A DNA stretch of 64,000 nucleotides, from contig NC_045697.1 of assembly GCF_009834535.1 (NCBI RefSeq), positions 43,216,001 through 43,280,000 of the forward strand, read 5' to 3'. The notes beneath the pieces were generated by a model that saw only the letters and a program-made list of their open reading frames with translations, had not been told where the DNA came from and did no database searches. The position numbers and the translations under genes are program-made. The number at the start of each line of letters is the position of its first letter. Positions within the stretch are counted from its first letter, which is position 1. The DNA comes from Camelus ferus. Taxonomy: Eukaryota. This document shows, piece after piece, positions 24,356 through 36,555 of the stretch.

Positions 24356-24954
24356 CTGCCATGGATATAATTATATCAAGTTCTTAATTTTTTTTAACTT
24401 CTGGTATCTTTTCAAATAAGAAACTTACAATTCCAAGCAAGCCTGTTTTTCTATCAAAAAGCATCAGTACAACCCCTGGATATATGTAATTTTTTGCTTC
24501 TTCGATAGATGACAAGTTAATTATGTATGACAGAGTAACCTTACTACTGTAAATGCAACCCAAACAGAGAAAAGAAGCAAAAAAGTTCATAAAGTTAAAA
24601 GTTGTGCATTTCATTATACTTTAGATGCCCTCCTGCTGGTTTCGAAGGAAAACAGTTAACTTTATTCTGTTCTCCCTTGGTATTAGCTTCAATTTCCTTT
24701 TCAAGCGCCTCAAACATACAATAAGCTTTTGATTATCAAGATTTCAAGTGTCCTACTAGACAGCCAATGTGTATTTATGAATGGAATTACTAAAGAAGCA
24801 ACTTGACTCCATCTAGGGAGCAGTTTCTGCGAGCCCTGAGCGATTCTCTGGGACTAAAGAACTGAAGAGAACTCGCTGGCCTTACTTTCACAATTGTCTT
24901 GGTATCTCTAGGGAAATGCACAAAGTGTTGCTGAGAAGCAAAGATTATGCATTT

Positions 24955-25530
24955 CTTATTTGTTTATTTATACCCCACCTTATTCCAGGAAGGATTTAAG
25001 ATGGCTTAAGGAGATGCATATGGTAACACAAATAAATTCACATAAGCTGAGAAAGTTGAGGCGAAATTAAAAGTGTAAGAAAGAAAGACATTACCAGTAA
25101 TGCACTTAGTATATAAAAAGTATGTCATGTAACTGCATACCTCTGCCAGAATTGGGCCACCATTTTGTCTGTTTCAAGAAGAGAATACCATTAGTTACGC
25201 TTTCTACAGTGTTCTTAAGAGAAATACCAACCAGAGTCTCCAAAGCAGCTTGACTGCTTCAGAGAGACACGTGTCCAATGGGTTCTCATAGAATGGATAA
25301 TGTCCTTAATTTGCTTTACAGCAAATTCTTTTTTCAGATTATCCCTTATAACACCCCTCACTACGGATCGATGAAACCATCCCAAGGCACATTTAGGTTA
25401 ATGATATGGTGCGTGGGGGTGGTGAGGCAATGCTAGGGATCCAGGTATACACACCTCTCACGCTGACTTTACCTAAGGATAGAGTCTGAAATGCCTAGAA
25501 GAACAGAAGAACTGCAAATCCTTGTAACAA
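24955..25530 (-). mobile_element. L4 (RTE-X) LINE 3' portion
   Basis: Reverse complement ends taagccatcttaaatccttcctggaataaggtggggtataaataaacaaataa, matching the remembered L4 3' terminus. Confidence 0.7.
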
Positions 25531-25539
25531 TCATTTTCC

Positions 25540-26265
25540 TCCTTCACATTAATTAAACACCTATTATATGCAAAGCACAGTGCTAAATTCAAGGCATAGA
25601 GTCCTTAAAGTACTGTCAGTATCTGTTTTTATTTGGGGAAGAAGATGACAGATGTTTATCAAAGAATCTCAAAAATAGGCATATAATTATAGCTGTGATA
25701 AGTAGGCTAATGGAAACATCTGGAAAGTCAGTGACAGTTAATGAGACAAGGTGAGAAATCCAGCCATGGGTGGAGGTTGTGGTATCAAGGGGAAAAGAGA
25801 GGACAGTGGGAGTGCAGAGGAAGCGAAGGATATAAAAGCAACCAGCACACACCCTGAGGCAGAAGCATCTGCATACACTTGACCACTTGAGAAGGCCGGT
25901 CTGGCTGGAGGCTGGAAGGCAGGAGAAGAGTGTTGTGAGATCCGCCCAGAAAGCAGAACAGAGGCCAGTCCAGACTGCACCTTGCAGAATGAGATGAGGA
26001 TTAAATTTTAACCTAAGAAGACTGGGAAGCCACTGAAAACTTTTGAACAGGCAGGCGGTGGTTCAAACATATTTGTACTTTTAAAAATTGTTCAGGGTGA
26101 GACGTGCAGACTGGAAAGGTTAGGGCGGGAATAAATGTGGAGAGCAGCGCGAGAAGGCTCCCAAGGTGCAAAAGACAGTGTGGCTCAGACTAGAGCGTTG
26201 TGATAGAAATGAAAAGGTGAGAATGAATTTGAGAGCATCTTAGAGTTCAAATCAACAGGACTGAT
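25540..26265 (-). mobile_element. L2
   Basis: 'aaacacctattatatgcaaagcacagtgcta...gggaagccactgaaaacttttgaacag...tttgagagcatcttagagttcaaatcaacaggact'. Confidence 0.85.
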
Positions 26266-27217
26266 ATTCTTGCTTCCAAAAGACTGAGATAGCTATTGAT
26301 GGGCAGTGTTTTCTGAGGATATATTTCCTAACAAGTCCTTGCAGTGCAGTTATTTTATGTGGCAAGTTAAGTACAGAGCCATATGTTTTAAAAGCCAGCT
26401 ATGCTGGGGACAGAATGAAAAAAAGCTAAGCAGCCTGGATAGAGGCCATCTTATCTCCCCTTGAAGATGAGTAGTCAAGACCCAAGGCAGGGCCAAGACT
26501 CTCTTCAGAGAGTAATTCTTTCAATCCACCGGAACGCACAGCAGTGGAGAAGACGTCAATGTCCTCTGCCATCAAGTGTGGCTGGTGAGAATTTTAACTG
26601 GACAATTTACATAACCGATTTTCCGACCTTGACCATTAAAAATCTCAGGGAAGCACTCATGCCACCCGCAATTTCGGTTGCACTTTCGGTAGTTACTTGT
26701 GCCTTCAACAAAATGAACAGCAACTCTTTGCCTCACTTTTCTAGATGAAGTGAATTGCTACAAAGGATAATCAGATTGAAGCTGAGGTGAATTTGCAAAC
26801 AATAAAGGCTTCTGGGTTTGGAGGAGTTTAGCTCTTCTTTCAAGCAATAGTTGGATAACAAGGCCATTTGTCAATTAAGACCACACCTAGTTTGCGATCT
26901 TAAAATAGTGTCATCACAATTTACAATTTTGCATCTCATGAAAACTGCTTATCTCCCTAGCCTCTAGAAGTCTCTCGTCTCTGGGGAACCCATTCAGATC
27001 TTCCAATATGGTATAAAGGGGGCTGCTAGAGTCTTGTATCATTTTAGTCCACTGGGAAGGTGCCCATTCTCAGCGTATCCCAGAGCAGGGTATTCATGAG
27101 CATCGATTGCCAGGCATCCTCATGGAGCTCCTAGAGCTTAGAAGACAGCTGGTTCCCATTCACAGAAGCAGAGGTTATGGCATCAACAATGTCTCTAACC
27201 CTACCCCTGCCACACGT

Positions 27218-27415
27218 GAGAATAATACTGAATTGCAGCATTTATGTGTGAAGCACTATTCTAAGAGCTTTATCTTGCTTCAAAACCAACTTATTTTACA
27301 AATGAGAAAACCAAGGCACACAGCTTGGATATATTTAAGGTTACAGAGCCAGGATGTCGCTGAGCCCAGATTGAACTAAGCAGTCTTCTCTGCTATCTGT
27401 GCTCTTAAATGCTCT
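27218..27415 (-). mobile_element. MIR SINE
   Basis: 'attttacaaatgagaaaaccaaggcaca...aaggttacagagcc...gagcccagattgaactaagcagtct'. Confidence 0.8.
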
Positions 27416-28172
27416 TCTTGGCTGCCTGAGCTTGCATGCTCAAGAAATGGTCGGTCAATTTAGATGGACATGTGTAGTAGTATTTCCTACTTGGTTTTTC
27501 TTTCTCTCTTATTATTTTTTTTCCAGGAAAATCAATGTTCACTGTGTTTCAGCAAAAGAAAATGCAGTGATGCTCTGTGCACTCCATGGCTCTGAGCACA
27601 CAGGAAGCTTTCACGCCACAGCTCACTCACGTTCAAGCCAAAAAGCCAAGGAAGATGGAGCCTGAGACGTGACACATTCTTGGTTGTGACTTCTACCATT
27701 GAGTTTGCTGAAATTTACTATGATATCCCACTGGCAGGGAGCTGAGCGGTGTTTCTCATCTATTTCAAAATATGCTTTATTTAAACACCAAAGCAAACCA
27801 CTCAGGCATTGTCATAGGGAACTCCTTCTCTTGTTTGTGTATTAAGCAACTCTGTACTTCATGTCAGACTATACAGAAAGACAGGTGGAATCCCTGTGCT
27901 TGGTGGAACTACATTCAGAGAGTAACCAGCACATTCTGTGTGCCTCGCAAAGGTGCCCCCAGAAGGGTCTGTTTGTGCTGAAAAGTCACTTGTTGGGTCC
28001 ATTGACCAGCTTCCTATTTCTCAGGGAAAGTGGAGACCACCAGGCAAGAACTGCCTCCATTTCTTTTCTACGATGCATGAATCTATCTGTACTTCCTGGC
28101 CTTCTGCTCTTGGAGGTGGCTCTGCAGGTGGGCCTCTCCAAGATGGGCTGAGGAAATAAAACCTGCTGGTGC

Positions 28173-28316
28173 AAGAAAAAGACAAGAGAACAAATACTGG
28201 GGAGGCTGTGGAGAAAACAGAACCCTAGTGGGCTGTTGGTGGGATTGTAAACCGGTAAAGACATTATGGAAAACAGTAGATGGAGGATCCTCAAAAAATT
28301 AAAAATAGAACTACCA
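28173..28316 (+). mobile_element. isolated L1 ORF2 fragment (C-terminal cysteine-rich domain)
   Basis: Translates NKYWGGCGENRTLVGCWWDCKPVKTLWKTV/WRILKKLKIELP, compared with L1 NKCWRGCGEKGTLLHCWWECKLVQPLWKTVWRFLKKLKIELP. Confidence 0.9.
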
Positions 28317-28569
28317 ATAGCCTTTGGCCCTAAATTCTGAATGCCCACGAACACCCCTGGACCTAAGATAGAGCCACAGCCACTGAAGCTGTGAATTAGA
28401 GGCTGTTCCTGCTTCCTTCCACACTAACACAGGATCCTGGATGGGAGAGGCCAGCCGGCCTAGCCTCAGCCTTGTCCCTACAACCTAACTGTCTGGCCCA
28501 TGGGAATGCAAGCATCAGGCTTTTTGACTTCCCCGAACACACAGTAGCATGTTTCATGTCATTGAAAGC

Positions 28570-28850
28570 CAAGACTCGTTAAATTTTAGGGTGATAAACG
28601 GCATAAAACAGAAAAAACTGCAAAGACAAAAATTGATACATGCAGCATGGAATTAAAAATTTTGTGTGATAAGAACGCTAAATTATAAAGTAAATGAGAC
28701 AATCAGGGGGGAAGGAATAATAACACATAAGCTAAATAAAACTCTAACAAGCTTATATATAAAAATTTCTCTAAAAGTAATACAAAAAATCTTGTTAAGG
28801 GAATGGACAAAGGGTAAAAGTGGACAATTCACAGGAAAAATAAAGAATGT
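28570..28850 (+). mobile_element. old L1M ORF2 fragment
   Basis: A-rich 'caaagacaaaaattgataca...aattaaaaattttgtgtg...gaatggacaaaggg...acaattcacagg'. Confidence 0.6.
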
Positions 28851-29094
28851 GAGAAATTTGGGGCCTTTCCCAGTGTCTATGACATCTCATGGATGAGGAC
28901 TCGCTGGGGCTGCAGAGCTGAGCCTATGAGTGGCTGTCAATGTTCTACCCCCACCAGCTGTGTAAGAGGATGGAGTAGAAAAAAGAGGGGAAATTGGAAG
29001 TCAAGTCCAAGAGAAGTGACACCGAGCACGAATGAGGTATATAGTGAAAAATTATCTTAGGACAGCAGCCAAGACCAAGTCACAAGGTTCAGGA

Positions 29095-29250
29095 GGCTCT
29101 CTCTTCACACTGTCTCATTTAATCCTCAGACAGCTACAACACCGATATCTTTATAATGCCTCTTTTACAGCAGAGGGAACGAAAGCTCAGAAGACTGAAG
29201 GGACTTCCCCAAGGGACCCTGTCATGTGGAGAAGCCAGAATTTGAAAATG
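29095..29250 (-). mobile_element. MIR SINE
   Basis: 'tgtctcatttaatcctcagacagct...ttttacagcagagggaacgaaagctcagaaga...gacttcccaaggg'. Confidence 0.8.
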
Positions 29251-30545
29251 CTGATGTTCCTAGTTTACTGCTGTTTTAGTTGTCAAAAATATTTATGAGA
29301 TTTGCACGGCCAGAGAACAGAGCTGTGACTGATGACCCACAATCATCAGAGCTGATTTCATGTACTATCACGTCTTAGACAATCACACTTCATTTCGCCC
29401 TGGAACTTGGGTGGGACCCTAAGAGCCTCGGGGGTGGGTCTGTGGGTGTTACGATTTACTGCACCTTGTTACATCCCCTGCTTCTGTCCTGGCCAACCTC
29501 ACACTTGGTGCAACCTTTTTTTCTTAAGGAACAACGGTCTAGACAAAAAAACTCCTCCCTGGGCAGAAGTGCCTCCATAGAGATGCTAAGCGAACTCTTT
29601 GCGCCTCCCCCTCCTTCCAGCCCTTCCCCGCAGGCCACCCGCCCCTCTTCCTCACTCTTTGCAGCTGCAGAATCACCACTACATCCCTGCTCATTGTAAG
29701 TGACCAGACTAGGCAAATAGGAAGACGGATGGTTGGTCAGGGAAATTTGGGCCACCGTGATGGGAAAGGTGCAGAGGAAAACATTACGGCCTGAGCCCCT
29801 TTGAAACAGGCTGACAGTTGACAGATGAGTATCCATAAAATGACAAAGGCCTCCCTGTGTAAAGACCTTTGCCACCAGCGCTTCTCCCGGGAAACTAACT
29901 GCCCTCAACTGTCAGTGAAAATATTATTTTTTTTTCCTGGTGATTATTCCCGTCCCCGTTTCTCGGACCACAGAATAGCCTGCACTTTGCATATGTGGGT
30001 TTTCTCCATCGTGGTGGCTGCGGCAACCCCTGGCCCCCGATTCTCTCAGTAAGAGGTGACAAGTTATCCTGGTGATTAAATGGTTATACCCAGGATAGTG
30101 AGCTGGAATGTGCAACTGTAAGATCTAATTGTGGTTCCGAGGGACAGATGCTGGGAGAATCCTAAGATTTTTTTAAAAGTAGTGTTAAGAATCCCTAAAG
30201 GATCCATGAAAAAGACCTGGCTGTTATTTACAAAGCTTTGAGTCTGCAGCAGACAATGGATACTAAAAACAATGCTGCGCACAGCCTCAAAGAAGCCCTG
30301 CTGATGTGACTGCGGTTTCGTATTCTGTTTATTTGTCTGTCCCATCGCCGTGGGCAATAGAGAGTATGAAAAGGGGAGGAGAGGAAAGAGGGCAAACTGT
30401 GGCAACTCTGAAATAGAAGGAGGGCTCTTCTTTCCCTCAGGACTCCTTTATCTTGGGAATCCTCTCAGGAATTCGAAGGAGGCATTTCCTCCTCTCTGAC
30501 GACAACTTTGGATTCAGAGCCTCTCTTGATCCTTTCTCTCTAGAG

Positions 30546-30731
30546 CACGGCTGTCCAGCAGGATTTTCCGTGATGACAGTCATGTTCCACGTGTGCGCTG
30601 TCTGACTGCCTGATGGGTGGTCTCACGTGGCTACTGAGCACTTGAAATGGGGCTCATGTGACCGAGGAACTGGATTTTAATTCACTTAAATTTGGATATA
30701 AGTATCCTTGATTAGTCATTGGACAGTGGAG
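30546..30731 (+). mobile_element. MER3 hAT-Charlie MITE
   Basis: cacggctgtccagcagg...gtggctactgagcacttgaaatg...gaccgaggaactggattttaa...ttggacagtggag. 8-bp TSD-like flanks ctctagag / cactagac. Confidence 0.85.
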
Positions 30732-31817
30732 CACTAGACCCGCCAGCGTGTCCACCTTAGTGCCGTATGTGAAGTATTCAAGTCCTGTGGGTGTAAACTT
30801 CAGAGGAGGAATTAAAAATGAGACACACAGCTCAAGTACAGAATTTAACTGGATTCGGGCCATTTAACACAAGGTTAAGCAGCAACAGAGTCTTTCCAGG
30901 AATTCTTTGTAGTCCCCTCTCTTCCTGTCCATGAGCCTTTCCTTCAGAGACTAACTCTGGAATGTTCTACCTCCTCCTCGAGCTCGGACTGGACTCTATA
31001 TTTTATGACTTTGAACAAGAGAGTGGATCCTTTGCTTTTTGGGACTTCAAGCCCATTTCCATTGGCTTCACATAAGAATTTCCTCCCTGTCAGCCTCCTG
31101 ATCCATCGACTTGGCCATGACTCCTGCAAGGTTCTAGTCCCCTCAGCTCTGACCTTGCTGTGTTTTTTCTGAGAGTCCTTCCTGCCTTTGCTCTTCCACA
31201 TATGAACTTGCTTCTGCATCTTCTCTCCCTCTTCCTACCATCTTTAGTTTGGCTCTTTACCTGCTCTGGAATCCCTGAGCCACCCACTCCCCTTGAGTAG
31301 CTTCATACTAGGTTTGTGAAAGAAAATGTTCTCATCATTTTCCAGATTCCTAGCATTGTTTCCTCACAAATATTTATAATTTTAAGCTTTATCTTTTACA
31401 TTTTACCACATTTACCTTCGTTCTCTTTTAAGTTTGCTTTTCAGTCTACCGACCTATCTGGGAAGATGTCAGAGATGTTTTTCTTTGTTTTTATCGCTGT
31501 TATTTCACCAGCCCTCACGTTCACACACACACACGCACACGCACATGCATACATATACCCCAGAGGTATATATTAGAGTAATTCATTAAACCATAATATA
31601 AACTCAGTAGAGAGAGGCTGCTGTTTTAAATATGTGTGCCAGTATTTAACTAAAGATATTTATGAATACATTTTATACTCCTCCCCACTTCACCCCCAAA
31701 ATACTTCTTTTCCATTATCATTAAACTAACATGACAAAGTATAGATAAGCACTTCACAGCTTGTACAGCACCATGTAAGTGTAATTTTGTCATCACATTT
31801 GTCTTGGAAGACAACTT

Positions 31818-32304
31818 TGTGGTGACCGTCTCAGAGAGGGGTAGTGGCTGCCTGCCTTCCCTGGAAGATGCCGGCCTGGCTAACGTGGGGAGGCCTCAGC
31901 TGCCATTCTCTGTACACAACTCTGTCCCCATTGCTGCCTGGGCTAGAGGTGGGGACCCAACCCCTGTCGGACAAATGACATTCTCCCCCCGAGGAATTTG
32001 GTTTGTGATAGAAAGACAGGCAGTCTGAGCTCATTGCATTGGAGGATATGTAAATGTGAGAAATTTACAGGGGAAATCTTGTACCTTCCAAGTGGATGGA
32101 CAATGTGAAAAAAAAATAGGTCTGTGGGAGACAGAGAGAAAGAGAGGGATATTAGGCCCATGGAGAGAAGCAGAAATGAAGTATAAAGGCTGAGTTTTGT
32201 TGACCCTCCCTGGTACCTGGCTGCTTTCCTATTCTTTGTGCTTCGTTATATTTACATGAATGTTTGTTTCTGTTACTTAGAACCAAAGAGTTCAAACTAG
32301 CACA
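31818..32304 (+). mobile_element. MLT1 (K/L-like) solo LTR
   Basis: Starts tgtggtg and ends tttctgttacttagaaccaaagagttcaaactagcaca. Confidence 0.65.
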
Positions 32305-33289
32305 GAAGAACACTGAGAAACCGAAAATCCAGAGCATAATCTAGTTAACTCCATGTTGCTCTATGGTTATTGGCTATCACCCTTAGGTCTGGCCAGCCAT
32401 CGTATAAAACCATGTTTGTCATCACAAAGGTGAAGAGAACTAGAGGATAAACACAAATTCATCACTACTTCTAGAATCACAACACACCATACGTCCCATG
32501 AATGGTTCAAGCCTTATAACCAGCAGGGAAGACACAAGGTGTGAGTAGCCATGGCCATGGCCCATGAAGCACCTGTACAATTGCTTACTTTTGTAGTGTC
32601 AGGGCTTAGGGAGTCCTGGGCGGCACCCCAAGAAATCCACTGCTAAGTTTCCTCTTGTCAGGCACTCTGGTTCTCATCTGTGATAAACAGCAACAGGAAT
32701 TCCAACCAAGTCACCTCTAGCCAATATTTTATTTGGGATGTAGGTACATAGGCCCTACATCATCAAATTTGTAGGCAGCTCCTCAGCCAACACACACTAC
32801 CAGTGTGTCTGGGATTGTGTGTTGTGATACGTGTGGTGTGAGGGGAGGAGGGAGGGCTGGAAGAGAGAATGCTTGTGATGACAGAGTTCTAGTTCTAGTT
32901 CAACTGACATGACCATGTCTTTTGTGTCTCCAGCTTGCAGTGACACCCATATCCTCCCAGTTACCGTTTTCATGTTTCAGCTGGGAAACGCTATCTTCTC
33001 TAATACATTATTTTCACATAGCCTATTAAGACCAACATCTCTGATTCTTTGTCTAATTTAGGCTGTACAAATGTGTATTGAGGTGATTTTTCCCATGTTA
33101 CTATTCATGAGAAAAGACTTTTATTTCCTCTTTGAGGGCCTAGTTCAATGAGGAGAAATGAAAGGGCAGAAACAGGTAACTCTCCTTTCTTAAGGCAAGT
33201 CCTGCTGCAAAGGGACACTTACTCATGCTTTAGAGAAAAGAGAGAAGAGAGGTCTACCCATCTCTGAAAGGAGAACTGCCGCTCAGACA

Positions 33290-33545
33290 CCACAGGAGTA
33301 GTGATGCTGTGGACCAGGATGCAGGGAGGGGGCCGCAGAACCCAGGTCTGATTCAACTGCCCACAAGCCTCTCTGATCAGATCTGGGGCATTTCTCTTAA
33401 CTAACCTCAAGAGGCCTCTTTCTTCATCTGTTTAAAAAAAAAATGGAGATAATAATAGCTGTTCTACATTTCCTACTAGAGTTGATATAACGAGCAAATA
33501 AAATAAGGTATAAAAGTACTTAGAATGAAGCATGTTGACAATGTA
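33290..33545 (+). mobile_element. MIR SINE
   Basis: 'ttaacc...gcctctttcttcatctgtttaaaaaaaaaatggagataataatagct...agagttg...aagtacttagaa'. Confidence 0.75.
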
Positions 33546-33567
33546 AGCAAGACTTATTTTTTAACAA

Positions 33568-33695
33568 GTATACATTTATATATAATATATTTTGTTAAAT
33601 TATATATTAATATAGTATATGTTGTTACATGAAAATTATTATACGTAAATTATAATTTTATATAAATATAATTATATTAAATATAATTTATTTAT
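33568..33695. repeat. AT-rich low-complexity tract
   Basis: Nearly pure A/T with (TA)n character. Confidence 0.85.
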
Positions 33696-34891
33696 GTGTG
33701 GGTTTTCAAGTCCATTCAGTGGTTTCTTTTGACCACACTCTTGACCTCACATCGCCTGTCGTAAAATACATTTCCAGACATTTTATCTTTACAAAAAGAA
33801 TACTTTACCACAGATTCAAGATAAAAATAGAAATTTGCAGCTAAAGGTCTACAGGGGAGAAAAATCTAAATGAGTCCATTAACGATAACTAAAAAGTCAG
33901 TCTATAACAAATGGAAAAGGCAAGTAAACAGTCACATTTAATGAAATCTAGTTAAGGAAATAAATCACTCTCTATTTCTCTTTTCCCCAATGCCACTGTT
34001 TCATGACTAGGTTTTTGAAACTAAGCATTTGGAGATAAAGTTAATACTAAATGTGGTTTCTCAACTATTTAAATAGCAAGTCTTTCTCCCATGTTTACTT
34101 AAATGCAAACACAGAGCTGCATGAAGTCCAAACACTGAGGGCTTTATATACTAAGATGATGTAGTATCAGTGCAAATGAGAATCTACGTGATAAGAAACA
34201 TCAAGCTTCTACCTTACTCTTTTCTGTCCCAAATGGAATTTCTGCAGATAAAATCCTTGAAATTAATGATTTGAAAAGATTAACTTTTTAGTATCATAAT
34301 GAAAACCGAAGCTGATAATTAGCCTCTTATACTACTCATTTGTATGGTTGAGGTTCTCATTTAAGCCATCAGAAAGTCACTTTTTAAAAACTGTTTATCA
34401 AATATTCCACATTTTTGTTAAACAAATAAAGATTTATGGGATGCTTATTATATACCAGTTGATAGTCTACACACTTGAACTACATCTATAAGCAAAAATT
34501 AAAAATTTGAAGGTAACCGAGGTAATAAAATGTTGTAGGGTTTTTTTTGGCTTATCCACATAGTATTGCCTTAAATGTGGTTAAAATAATTTCTCTGTTT
34601 TCTACTCTATGAAGGTAATAGTTATCTTTCATAAACCAATGTTCTATTTTAACAGATCAACAAGAAGAAAGAATTTTTTTTAATCTGAATTCATTTGATC
34701 TTGCAAAGCATACAGTGGTGCTATATTAACAAAACAGATTTAGTTCAAGAACATCCCACCATCTCTCCTTTTCTTCTTCCACATTTTGACGTGCATGTTA
34801 GTAGTTGGAGGTAAAAAATTAATAGACATGGTTTTGTTTTTGTATTTTGTCTATCCTTCCAAGAAAATTGAGCATATAAATAAAGTTTAAA

Positions 34892-34992
34892 GGGGGTGGG
34901 TATAGCTCAGTGGTAGATTGCAAGCTTAGCATGCACGAGGTCTTGGGTTCAATCCCCAGGACCTCCATTAAAATAAATAAATAGATAGATGA

Positions 34993-35028
<36 letters not shown>

Positions 35029-35030
35029 TA
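34892..35030 (+). mobile_element. Vic-1-type tRNA-Ala-derived SINE with (GATA)n(GACA)n microsatellite tail
   Basis: gggtatagctcagtggtagattgcaagcttagcatgcacgaggtcttgggttcaatccccaggacctcca, with A box TAGCTCAGTGG and B box GGTTCAATCC. TSD aataaagtt at 34879-34887 and 35030-35038. Confidence 0.92.
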
Positions 35031-35094
35031 ATAAAGTTGGAGACCATGGCTGTGCATGGCAGAAGTGAACACTCTTGTGAGCACTCTTCTAGCA

Positions 35095-35280
35095 CAGAAG
35101 TAGAGTGAAAAGGACACTGGATTAAAAGACGAGGTTGTGGGTTCTACCTCATGCCTTGATGCAAACTTGTCTAAACTCATAACTGCATTAAATCCCCTAG
35201 ACATAAGCTCCTGCATCTGCAAAATTAGAGTTGGATCAGATGACCTGAAAGATCTTTTTTAAATATAAAATTCTCTAATT
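35095..35280 (+). mobile_element. MIR3/MIRc-like SINE
   Basis: 'gtagagtgaaaaggacactggatt...gggttcta...catctgcaaaattagagttggatcagatgacctgaaagatc'. Confidence 0.75.
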
Positions 35281-36344
35281 CCCACTGGTAGAAACAGTGT
35301 AGGACATAGATCAATATGTAGTTCTGGACATGAAGAAAGAAATGTTATAAGCAAATACATCATTAAATACTACTCTAAAAAATTACAAAACAGAAGGCAA
35401 GTTTTTAACTATAAACAGATTAAAACTGTAAAAACTATGAGTTATATTCAACTCCTAAGACCACAGTAGCCTGTGGGAGGGAAAAGGCATGAGTATAAAA
35501 TTAACCAAATGGCAGCTTTTGCATTCCCACCTGCAAGAACTATTGGGATGTCTCATAGCCCAGTTTTCCTCCCCTCTTCGGACAGGACCAAATTATGTTA
35601 AAACCTTCCTGTCATTGCTATATGTGCTGCTCTGTGCCCTGAGGCCACATGCCTGTGAGAAAAGTGTCTGTGTCAATGGTAATCACAACGCACCTGGCCC
35701 AAAGATACTCAGAAAATGCTTATTCCCAGATCCAGCAACACCAACTTCACTGCTTTGGTGGCCCCTGATGACATCTCATGGAGATGGGCGAGGACATCCT
35801 CGAAGGCTTTTATTCTGTGCCTGGCTTCTTCCATTCTTTATAGTTTCTTCTTTCAATTAATTAATTCCTTCAATACTTTTTAATCAATTATATAGTATAT
35901 GGAAAATACTATGCTAAAAACCAGGGACACAAAGATATTCTTGGCAGACAGTGTGGTAGGGAAGATAGACATAGAACACATAATTACAAGTGTTGGGTAA
36001 AAACAGAATCTCTAGGACTCTGTAAGAAGCTATGGTGAATTTCCCTCAGGTAAGTTTGGAAGCACAAACTTCCAAAGCACAAACTTCAGGAAGTTTGAGT
36101 GGCACAATACGATCGTGAATTGTAAGTATCTTCTCAGGGGCCATCAACAAGCATCTCAAGATTACACACAGACATGTCAACCCTGTCCAACTTCCAACAG
36201 GTTTTCTACCAATCTCAGAACCATTTAGAGGTCACCTTTGTCTAACAGTCTTAATGTTACATAATTCTGGGGCCAGACTGTTAGTCCCAAAGTTGCCTTT
36301 ACCTTACAAGATCCTTTCATACCGGGGTTCATGAGTTAGGCATG

Positions 36345-36555
36345 CCATTGAATGGTAAGAACATGGACTGCCAGGTTCAGATCACTGTTCCAGCACTCTC
36401 TGGCTGTGCAATCTTAGGTAGTTAGTCAACTTCTCTGAACCTCATTTCTTTACCTGTATAACAGAGGACTAATAGGGTTATTGTGAAGATTAATTGAGAC
36501 ATCTGTGCTTTGCACATATCTTGTTCATAATGGGCTGTCAAAAATGCTAGCTTTT
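36345..36555 (+). mobile_element. MIR SINE
   Basis: 'ggtaagaacatggact...ggctgtgcaatcttaggtagttagtcaacttctctgaacctcatttctttacctgtataacagagg...gggttattgtgaagattaa'. Confidence 0.85.

Noticed and set aside
29456..29908. 150-aa minus-strand ORF
   Set aside because: Non-ATG start, no family resemblance, and partly driven by a low-complexity C-rich tract.
34892..34967. tRNA-Ala(AGC) gene (also 6453-6523)
   Set aside because: Stem-disrupting substitutions, A-rich tails and target-site duplications identify both as SINE copies, not tRNA genes.
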